64,000 nucleotides of DNA from Candidatus Iainarchaeum sp. (GTDB lineage: Archaea; B1Sed10-29; WALL01; JAGHAM01). Location: positions 3,035 through 67,034 of the forward strand of contig JAGHAM010000004.1 in the NCBI GenBank assembly GCA_021161465.1. Reading direction: 5' to 3'. A program made the position numbers and the translations under genes. This document shows, piece by piece, positions 48,776 through 55,980 of this stretch. The stretch's first letter is position 1. Each line of letters opens with the position of its first letter. The notes beneath the pieces are model-generated. The model did not search any database and was not told the DNA's origin. It saw only the letters and a program-made list of their open reading frames with translations.

Positions 48776-49737
48776 GCCAGGTTATAGTCAATTATGCGCT
48801 TCATCATCACGAAGGGCTGTGCTCCACCAATCAAGCTATCACCGATGTAAAAGGAGGGGGCTACTATGGCTCCTTCTTTTATTGCCAGCTGGTAGTCTCC
48901 CTGTACTGTGCTTACCTTTTCCCCGTTTCCAAAGCATGTGTTGAACTCTTCCATATCGAGACCAACCTTCATAGCATAGCTCTTTAAGTCTTCGTCAGAC
49001 AGTGCATCCTTCAAAGATTCTGGATCCCAGTTATCATAAAGCACATCATGATATTCCCAGAATTTACCTTGGTCATAAGCGCATTCTGCTGCCTCTGCTG
49101 CCCTTTCTGACCTAGGGTGTATGCTTGTGAGCGGGAAGTTGATGAATACATATTTTGCCTTGCCAGTGTCAACATAATCTTTTATGATTTTCTTGTAGGT
49201 TGTTCTGTAGAAGTTCCTGCAGTATGCACAGTCGAAATCACCAAATTCAACTATCGTGAGCTTTGCTGACATATTTCCCTTTATGGGCTGTCCATCAAGG
49301 TTTATCTTCGATGGCGACAGTTCAGGTGTCATTAAAACAAAGTATATCTTTTCTATCTTTAGGGTTCTGTCATCCACCCTGACTTCTATAATCTTTAGGC
49401 CTTCGTTTGTTTTAGCTTCATAGTCTACAAGCCATTTGCCATTAGCGAAATTGTATCTGGTATTTTTTATTGAACCGCCGTATCTAAGGCGTGTCAGAGT
49501 ACTTAGCACAAGATGGTTCACATCATTATTTGTCCTTATTGGAAGGATTATGTTGGAAACAGACGAGGAGGGCACATTCATGTTGCATACCCTCTCCTCT
49601 TTTAGCACTTGACTGGTTCCAGCAAGTATGCCAATCATCAGGGTTGCTGAGATAAATACAATTATCAAATACCATGTTCCCGGAGGTATATCCCATGGAC
49701 ATTCTTCGCTCAGCAACTTCTTGAGCTTTTCCATCAT
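48772..49737 (-). CDS. membrane-anchored thioredoxin-fold DsbA-like oxidoreductase
   Basis: 'FGDFDCAYCRNFY' CxxC active site, with an N-terminal TM helix. The ORF-track N-terminal extension to 49818 overlaps the tRNA 3' exon and is probably not translated (start at 'MMEKLKK'). Confidence 0.6.
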   Translation of the reverse strand: MMEKLKKLLSEECPWDIPPGTWYLIIVFISATLMIGILAGTSQVLKEERVCNMNVPSSSVSNIILPIRTNNDVNHLVLSTLTRLRYGGSIKNTRYNFANGKWLVDYEAKTNEGLKIIEVRVDDRTLKIEKIYFVLMTPELSPSKINLDGQPIKGNMSAKLTIVEFGDFDCAYCRNFYRTTYKKIIKDYVDTGKAKYVFINFPLTSIHPRSERAAEAAECAYDQGKFWEYHDVLYDNWDPESLKDALSDEDLKSYAMKVGLDMEEFNTCFGNGEKVSTVQGDYQLAIKEGAIVAPSFYIGDSLIGGAQPFVMMKRIIDYNLA

Positions 49738-49757
49738 GTTATTACTCCATTTGTAGG

Positions 49758-50188
49758 TGGGCGCGAAGGGACTTTCCACCCCAATAGGGGGTTTGAGGCG
49801 CACCAACCTTCCCTGCACACATGGATTTGATAACCTTCTATCTCCATGCAGGTACCCTCTGCAGGGTTAGAGGTTCGTCCAGACCATAAGTCTAAACGTG
49901 TGCACCCTTTTCTTCCTGCGTATCGGGTGGCCTCGTGCCACCCCTGCAGGTTTAGAGATTCGTTCTAGACTGTAGGTCTAGAACGGGTGCAACCCTCCTG
50001 GTGCAACCAATCTTCCTACAATCGGGATACGGATGATATTCCATCCCCATGCAGGTTTAGAAAGGGTGCAACCCTCCTGGTGCAACCAATCTTTCGAACC
50101 CTCGGCCTCAGGTTATCCTCAGCCACGCTGAGTGTACCAGAACGGGCCTTATAAGACCTGCGCTCTGACCTGGCTAAGCTACGCGCCC
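49758..50188 (-). tRNA. tRNA-Ile(UAU)? candidate with anticodon intron (~35 nt) and very long (~320 nt) T-loop 59/60 intron
   Basis: Minus strand: acceptor GGGCGCG/CGCGCCC with A73. UA. Canonical D-arm GCTT-AGCCAGGTCA-GAGC. Anticodon stem CAGGT/ACCTG, loop CTTATA|A. Variable AGGCC. T-arm GAGGG-TTCGAA[intron]T-CCCTT. The intron carries two 28-nt direct repeats. Confidence 0.4.
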
Positions 50189-50296
50189 ACATTTATGGTT
50201 TAGCGCTTTATATATTTAAAACCTACTTTAGTGATTATCTCCTTTATATTCGTTTTACCAGCACTTTTTTAATGTAGTTAATCTTAATTTTCCCCT

Positions 50297-50932
50297 ATGG
50301 TGTTTTGGGATCTTGAATCAAAACGTCAGTCAATACATCTGGTTTTTGGGGTATTGTTTGCATTTATTGTGTACATGTTGAAACCCGAGCAGAGCTTTGC
50401 ATTTTTACTTGGTGGGGCAGCTTTGACTCTCCTGTTATCGTTGGAGATATCTGAGGGTAGGAAGGTTCCTGTGTTTTACTGGGTTGTTAGGCATACAGAA
50501 AGGGCGAACAATAAACCAGGCAGTGGGGTGACGTGGTACTTCTTTGGAGTTTTGCTGACATTCTCAATATTTTATTTCTATTTCAATGTGCCGAAGGAGA
50601 TAATTGTAGCATCCATGTTGATTCTCGCTATTGGGGACTCAGTTTGCACAGGGCTTGGGAGAAAGCTTGGCAGAAGGCTCCTACCCAAGACACAGACAAA
50701 ATCATGGGCGGGTAGTGGGCTCGGATTCTTATTTTCATTCTTAGGCGCGTCTGTGCCCCTGGCTAATATTTTCCCGCCAGAGCAAACAGTGACCATCGCA
50801 CTGATTGGTGCAGCTGTTGGGATGCTAACAGAAGCATATCTAAGGAAGCTCAATGATAACTTAACTATCCCAGTAGTTTCATGTGCTGCGATGAGCTTAG
50901 CAGCTTATTGGCTTGGTTGGATTGCAATTTAA
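50297..50932 (+). CDS. membrane protein of CTP-transferase/dolichol-kinase/CarS-like family
   Basis: 'GDSVCTGLGRKLGRRLLPKTQTKSWAGSGLGFLF', the same signature as the C-terminal half of 29978..30907. About 6 TM helices. Confidence 0.45.
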   Translation: MVFWDLESKRQSIHLVFGVLFAFIVYMLKPEQSFAFLLGGAALTLLLSLEISEGRKVPVFYWVVRHTERANNKPGSGVTWYFFGVLLTFSIFYFYFNVPKEIIVASMLILAIGDSVCTGLGRKLGRRLLPKTQTKSWAGSGLGFLFSFLGASVPLANIFPPEQTVTIALIGAAVGMLTEAYLRKLNDNLTIPVVSCAAMSLAAYWLGWIAI

Positions 50933-50995
50933 GATAATAGTGTCTTAGCCGCCACCTTGACAGCCCTCATCATAAAGGCGCCACAAGATTGCACT

Positions 50996-51481
50996 CTAAG
51001 GTAATGGTGTCTTAGTGAGATCAGCCCGGGTTACCAATCCTAGCAGTTTGCCATTCTCCACCACAGGCAGATGTGTTAACTTCTTTTTGGACATTATATC
51101 AGCTGCTTCAGTAACATGCATCTCAGGCTTTGCGGTTACTGGACTTTTGTCCATAATGTCTTTCACTCTATTGTGTTTCAGTTTGCTGAATTCATTTTCC
51201 GCTTCATCTATCTCCGCCCACAGGTCTTCAGCTACTTCAATTACATCGAACGGTGAAGGCAGAATAAGCTCGGCTCCAAACTCATGGACTTCCATGAACT
51301 TTAGAATTTGTTCGTTTGTCAGCAGCCCTACGAGTTTGCCTTCCTCAACCACTGGTGCCCCGCTTATTTTTTCTTTCTTAAACTTTCTTATTGCATCAAC
51401 TATAGGCTCATTTGGGCTTAGCGTTATTGGTTCTTTTATCATTACATCCTTGACCAGCATGAAGAATATAACGCAGCACAA
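50996..51481 (-). CDS. CBS domain pair protein
   Basis: Two CBS repeats ('ISGAPVVEEGKLVGLLT', 'LTHLPVVENGKLLGLVT'). Confidence 0.7.
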   Translation of the reverse strand: MCCVIFFMLVKDVMIKEPITLSPNEPIVDAIRKFKKEKISGAPVVEEGKLVGLLTNEQILKFMEVHEFGAELILPSPFDVIEVAEDLWAEIDEAENEFSKLKHNRVKDIMDKSPVTAKPEMHVTEAADIMSKKKLTHLPVVENGKLLGLVTRADLTKTPLP

Positions 51482-51714
51482 CTATTAAAAACTTTTGGGG
51501 AGAAAGAGCAGACGATTTTTATGAAGCGGAGCTGTCCTCCTGATCATACTATCACCCTCTTGCTTACTATAATGGGGGCAAATCAATTGTGACATGATAA
51601 GGACAGAACATATAAAGGAAAATTGCATCGAAGACGTTAGGTCAGCGAAAAGGTAAGAAACACTTAAAAAGCATGGAGTCTAAAATATATGAGTAATTCT
51701 GTAAAGGTGTTCAA

Positions 51715-52005
51715 ATGAAGGTTAAAGACTTACAGGTTAGAAAATCTGTTGATTCTATCGAATTGGAGATAGTTAGTATTGATGAGCCGAGGACTTGGTC
51801 GAACCCACGTGGTTCTGGAAGGGTTGCTTCTGCAACGGCTAAAGATGATACTGGTGAGGTTAAACTGACTCTCTGGAATGATGACATTGACAAGGTCAAG
51901 AAAGGAGATACAATAGTCATAGAAAATGGATGGGTTGGAGAGTTCCAGGGAGAGAAGCAGTTATCCACAGGAAGGTACGGGAAGCTCACGGTTAACCCAA
52001 AATAA
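51715..52005 (+). CDS. single OB-fold nucleic-acid-binding protein (SSB/RPA-like)
   Basis: 96 aa, 'VSIDEPRTWSNPRGSGRVASATAKDDTGEVKLTLWND' OB-fold pattern. Confidence 0.5.
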   Translation: MKVKDLQVRKSVDSIELEIVSIDEPRTWSNPRGSGRVASATAKDDTGEVKLTLWNDDIDKVKKGDTIVIENGWVGEFQGEKQLSTGRYGKLTVNPK

Positions 52006-52033
52006 TAAAAAACATCACCGGTAAAACAATCTT

Positions 52034-53701
52034 ATGCTTGAGTTTAGAAAGCAGGTAGCTGTTGCCTTGTCAAAGGCCTCTGGCGTTGAAGTCAAGCCCA
52101 GGGAATTGACCATACCACCAAATCCAGAGTTAGGTGACTTATCTTCTAATGTGGCTTTTCAGCTTCCTGGGAACCCGAAGGAAAACTCGGAGAAGATAGC
52201 TGGGAGGATAAAACCGAGAGGGCTTATTTCTAAAGTTGAAACCAAGGGACCTTACATAAACTTCTTTCTAAACTGGGCCGAATTCAATCGATTGACCATA
52301 GCTACTGCACTGAAACACAATTATGGTAAAAACACGGACTACACAGGGAAGACAGCAATGGTTGAATACAGCCAACCAAATCCAAATAAGCCTCAGCATG
52401 TTGGGCATTTGAGAAATAACCTTCTAGGCATGGCAGTTTCAAATATACTGGAAGCTAACGGTTGGGAGGTTGTTAAAGCTAATCTTATAAACGACCGTGG
52501 CATCCACATATGCAAGGCCATGCTTGGATACCTCAAGTGGGGGGAGGGCAAAGAGCCCAATGAAAAGCCAGACCACTTCGTTGCTAAGTTTTACCAGCGC
52601 TTTGTCATGGAGGAGGCTAAGGACCCTGAGCTAACTAAGGAAGCCCAGGAGATGTTGAGGAAGTGGGAAGCAGGTGACCCACAGGTAAGGGCGCTATGGA
52701 GGAAGATAGTAGATTGGGCCTATAAAGGCTGGAACGAGACTTACTCCATGACAGGGACTGAGTTTGACGTTTGGTTCTACGAAAGCGAGACGTATCTGGA
52801 TGGAAAGAGGATTGTTGATAGTGGTTTGAAGAGAGGGGTGTTCAAGAAGGCTGATGATGGGAGTGTTTATGCAGAACTTGAACCAGAGTTGCCGAATAAA
52901 ACAGTGCTCCGTTCAGATGGAACTTCTATTTACATAACTAACGATTTAGCTCTTGCAAAGAGAAAGTTTGAGAGCTATCCGTTGGATAAGAGTATTTATG
53001 TGATTGGCTCCGCTCAAAATACTTATATGAAACAGCTTTTCAGGATTCTAAAGCTGCTTGGTTTTGAGTGGTCGGATAAGTGTTGTCATTTATCCTATGG
53101 TATGGTTTCATTGCCAGAAGGGAAGATGTCTTCAAGGCTTGGCAGGATGATTTACGCTGATGACTTGCTGGATGAAGTTATCAACCTGGCGGAGAAGGAA
53201 GCCGAGAAAAAGGGTATCAGCGAGGATGTTAAGGAGACGGCTAAGCACGTTGGGCTGGCTGCTATCAAATTTAACTTTCTGAAGGTTAACCATAGGAAAG
53301 ACATATTGTTTGAGAAGGAAAAGGCAGTTTCGTTTGAGGGAGATACCGGGCCTTATGTGCAGTATGCCCATGCTAGGTGCAATCAAATAATTGAAAAACT
53401 TGGCAGCTATGGAAAGCCAAATTACTCCAAGCTGACAACACTCCACGAGCGCGAACTCGTGAAGAAGATAAGTGAGTTCCCTGAGATTGTGAGGGAGTGT
53501 GGGGAAACTCTTGAGACACACCCTATAGCTAATTATCTGCTTGAGCTGACGCACACGTTCTCTGATTTCTATGCTAATTGCCCCGTGATACAGTCCAGAG
53601 GCTCTTTAAGGGCAGCTCGTGCTGATTTGGTGAAAGCAACTAAGGGAGTTCTATCTACTGGATTAAGCTTGCTTGGTATAAAACCATTGGAGAAGATGTG
53701 A
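52034..53701 (+). CDS. argS: arginyl-tRNA synthetase
   Basis: 'YSQPNPNKPQHVGHLRN' HIGH region. C-terminal DALR anticodon-binding-like region. 555 aa. Confidence 0.85.
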   Translation: MLEFRKQVAVALSKASGVEVKPRELTIPPNPELGDLSSNVAFQLPGNPKENSEKIAGRIKPRGLISKVETKGPYINFFLNWAEFNRLTIATALKHNYGKNTDYTGKTAMVEYSQPNPNKPQHVGHLRNNLLGMAVSNILEANGWEVVKANLINDRGIHICKAMLGYLKWGEGKEPNEKPDHFVAKFYQRFVMEEAKDPELTKEAQEMLRKWEAGDPQVRALWRKIVDWAYKGWNETYSMTGTEFDVWFYESETYLDGKRIVDSGLKRGVFKKADDGSVYAELEPELPNKTVLRSDGTSIYITNDLALAKRKFESYPLDKSIYVIGSAQNTYMKQLFRILKLLGFEWSDKCCHLSYGMVSLPEGKMSSRLGRMIYADDLLDEVINLAEKEAEKKGISEDVKETAKHVGLAAIKFNFLKVNHRKDILFEKEKAVSFEGDTGPYVQYAHARCNQIIEKLGSYGKPNYSKLTTLHERELVKKISEFPEIVRECGETLETHPIANYLLELTHTFSDFYANCPVIQSRGSLRAARADLVKATKGVLSTGLSLLGIKPLEKM

Positions 53702-54634
53702 GTGCCAAAGCTGTCCGATTTAGGTGAACGTGAGGTCATCAGAAGGGTTCGGAGACTTCTGAAGAGGCCAGGCATATTGACTCAGCTTGATGAGGATGCT
53801 GAGATATTCAAAACAAAAGGCTTTTTAGCGGTGACAACGGAGTTGCATGTTGCAGGCACGCACTTTAGAAGTTCAAGTCCTGTTAGTGTAGGAAAGCGCG
53901 TTGTAGTTTCAACACTCACTGACCTGCTGGCCAAGGGCGCGCTACCACTTTATTTCATGACTAGCATCGGCTTGTCTAGTGATACCGACTATGAGTTTGT
54001 GAGAAAGTTATACAAGTCTATGTCCGACTCTTTGAAAGAATTTAACGCGTTTTTAATCGGTGGTGACACAGTTGAATCCAACCAGTTGGTCATCGGCACC
54101 ACAGCGATAGGCAGGGTGAAAGGGAAACCCTTGTTGAGAAAAAATGCCCGGGTGGGGGATAAGGTGGTGGTTACAGGCGAGATAGGTAACGGCGCGCTTG
54201 GCTATCTGCTCTTGAAAAAAGGGCTGGCAGGACCCAGGAAGTTTGTGAGGGCACAGCTTGAGCCGAGTGTGGACTTTAGGCTCTGCAAACGTTTGATGTC
54301 CAGGGCTAATGCTGGCATAGACATCTCAGACGGTCTCGCTTTTCAACTGGCAGAGGTTGCGAAACAATCGGAGAAGAGAATAACTATTTTCGAGGATGAA
54401 TTACCAGTGGACTCACACTTGCCAAAGCTTTGCAAAGAAAACAACTTCAACTTGGACGAGGTGCTTTTTCACATAGGAGATGATTACCAGGTGCTTTACA
54501 CGATGCCTAACCCACCGAAGGGCGCGCTTGTTATAGGAGAAGTTGAGCGCGGGAGTGGATTGTTCATAAAAAGAAAGACAGGTGAAATCCAGCCGTTGAA
54601 TGGTGAAGGCTGGGAGAGTTTCAAGCGTCATTGA
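53702..54634 (+). CDS. thiL: thiamine-monophosphate kinase-like (AIR synthase-related family)
   Basis: 'LSDLGEREVIRRV', 'DDAEI', 'VTTELHVAGTHF', 'STLTDLLAKGALPL', 'IGGDTV', 'VGDKVVVTGEIG' fit the ThiL pattern. Start abuts the argS stop. Confidence 0.6.
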   Translation: MPKLSDLGEREVIRRVRRLLKRPGILTQLDEDAEIFKTKGFLAVTTELHVAGTHFRSSSPVSVGKRVVVSTLTDLLAKGALPLYFMTSIGLSSDTDYEFVRKLYKSMSDSLKEFNAFLIGGDTVESNQLVIGTTAIGRVKGKPLLRKNARVGDKVVVTGEIGNGALGYLLLKKGLAGPRKFVRAQLEPSVDFRLCKRLMSRANAGIDISDGLAFQLAEVAKQSEKRITIFEDELPVDSHLPKLCKENNFNLDEVLFHIGDDYQVLYTMPNPPKGALVIGEVERGSGLFIKRKTGEIQPLNGEGWESFKRH

Positions 54635-54664
54635 TTTAAACTACATATACTAAAATTTTAGGGC

Positions 54665-54831
54665 GGACGCGTAGCCTAGCCAGGATTGTTCCGTGGCAAC
54701 AGCTCATGGAATCCTGATAGGGCACCGGCCTTCTAAGCCGGCTATCGGGGGTTCAAAATAAGGAGGAGGGACACGTTCCCTCCTCCCTTATAAGCCCTTC
54801 TCCTTTGCGAGTGAGTTTCCCTCCGCGTCCG
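54665..54831 (+). tRNA. tRNA-Arg(UCU) with D-loop intron (~32 nt) and T-loop 59/60 intron (~60 nt)
   Basis: Acceptor GGACGCG/CGCGTCC with G73. U8 A9. D-stem GCCT/GGGC, D-loop AGCCAGGA[intron]TA. Anticodon stem CCGGC/GCCGG, loop CTTCTAA. Variable CTATC. T-arm GGGGG-TTCAAA[intron with 12-bp hairpin]T-CCCTC. Confidence 0.6.
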
Positions 54832-54872
54832 CTTCTTATTGTTATTTAAGTTACAATGAACAAAATAACATT

Positions 54873-55613
54873 ATGCCCGGGAAGCTTGGTCATTCGATTT
54901 ATACAGGTGAAATGAAGCTTAGGGAAAGTTTGATAGAGCATTTTGGGAAGCCTGATGATTACAGTGGAAGCTTGGTCGACTACAACAAGCTTCATGAGAA
55001 GACTATACAACTAAAAATAGACAATCTTTTGAAGAGGCTGAAGTCAAAGGGAGTTCTAAATGAGGACAAGACTGTGAGAATCTTGGATATAGGCTGCTGG
55101 AAGGGCCAGGCGCTTTCTGAAGTAAAAGATTACATAGAAAAGAAAGGTTTTAATGTGGAAGCTTATGGTGTAACACTCGTTAAGCATGACAAGCAGTCAG
55201 CAATGAAAAATGGCTTGAAGATAGTGACTGCGGATGCTGAGAGATTGCCGTTTCCAGATAACTATTTCCACTTGGTCTTATCAGTACATTCTATAGAGCA
55301 TATGTATGACAAGCTTAAGGTTATTGAGGAGGCCCATAGGGTTTTAGCACCGGAAGGGCTTGCCACACTCCACGTGAGAACTCGAAGTTTTGCTACGGAC
55401 GAAGGAAAGCCAATAAGCTTGCGCGTGCTGGCAGAGCGCATACCATCTGGAAAGTTGGTGAATCTGCAAAAGGGTTATTCAAACTTAATTGAATTTACCA
55501 AGAGAAGGGGAGAGAAGCTTAACTTCCATCTTAAAATGGTCAAGTTCGCTAGGAAATCGCCTTCCGGGGGCAGTGTTTCCTTCTATGGACCAGACCGAAA
55601 AGAATTTAAATGA
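54873..55613 (+). CDS. class I SAM-dependent methyltransferase
   Basis: 'RILDIGCWKGQA' motif I, 'LKIVTADAERLPF' and 'LAPEGL' motifs (Methyltransf_11-like). Confidence 0.6.
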   Translation: MPGKLGHSIYTGEMKLRESLIEHFGKPDDYSGSLVDYNKLHEKTIQLKIDNLLKRLKSKGVLNEDKTVRILDIGCWKGQALSEVKDYIEKKGFNVEAYGVTLVKHDKQSAMKNGLKIVTADAERLPFPDNYFHLVLSVHSIEHMYDKLKVIEEAHRVLAPEGLATLHVRTRSFATDEGKPISLRVLAERIPSGKLVNLQKGYSNLIEFTKRRGEKLNFHLKMVKFARKSPSGGSVSFYGPDRKEFK

Positions 55614-55632
55614 TTTTTGCTTTATTGATGGT

Positions 55633-55929
55633 ATGGGAATTGGTAGGTTCGAGAAAAGGCTAATAGCTTCAGCTAAGCTAGCCAGCATGGAGAAGTACGG
55701 TTATTGCTATTCTGAGGATTTGGCTGTAGTTAAGGAGTACTTGCGCGATGAGGTAGAGATTGAAGAGTCTGAAGGCAACAGGGTTACTGTAACACGAAAT
55801 GGGATTTCATTTGAAATTGACGTAAGGGGCATGGTGCCTAAGAAAACAGAGGTTGCCAGTTGGGCTATCCAACCTGCAGAGGAAAGAAGAGGTAAATGGG
55901 TTTCAGTTTTTGACCCCGCAAACCACTGA
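55633..55929 (+). CDS. hypothetical small protein (ORF 55489..55929 trimmed to a non-overlapping Met)
   Basis: The track ORF overlaps the methyltransferase by 125 nt. An internal Met near 55633 gives a non-overlapping 98-aa product. Weak. Confidence 0.25.
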   Translation: MGIGRFEKRLIASAKLASMEKYGYCYSEDLAVVKEYLRDEVEIEESEGNRVTVTRNGISFEIDVRGMVPKKTEVASWAIQPAEERRGKWVSVFDPANH

Positions 55930-55980
55930 AGGATGCTCTCCTTTGCTAGCAAGGACTGCAGCTTTGTTTATCTGTAGAGG

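Noticed and set aside
49758-49780. 'GGAAAGTCC' resembling the RNase P RNA P4 5' strand, in a region with long-range 5'/3' end pairing
   Set aside because: The match is only 9 nt and lies at the extreme 3' end, which is the wrong topology for RNase P. The flanking sequence forms a textbook tRNA D-arm, anticodon arm, T-stem and acceptor.
49738-49818. N-terminal 27-codon extension of the DsbA-like gene (ORF-track start 49818)
   Set aside because: The extension would run through the 3' exon and acceptor stem of the tRNA on the same strand. An in-frame 'MMEKLKK' start at about 49737 gives a normal signal-anchor N-terminus.
55489-55632. 5' part of ORF 55489..55929 overlapping the methyltransferase gene by 125 nt
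   Set aside because: A long same-strand overlap is implausible. Only the portion after the internal Met is retained, at low confidence.
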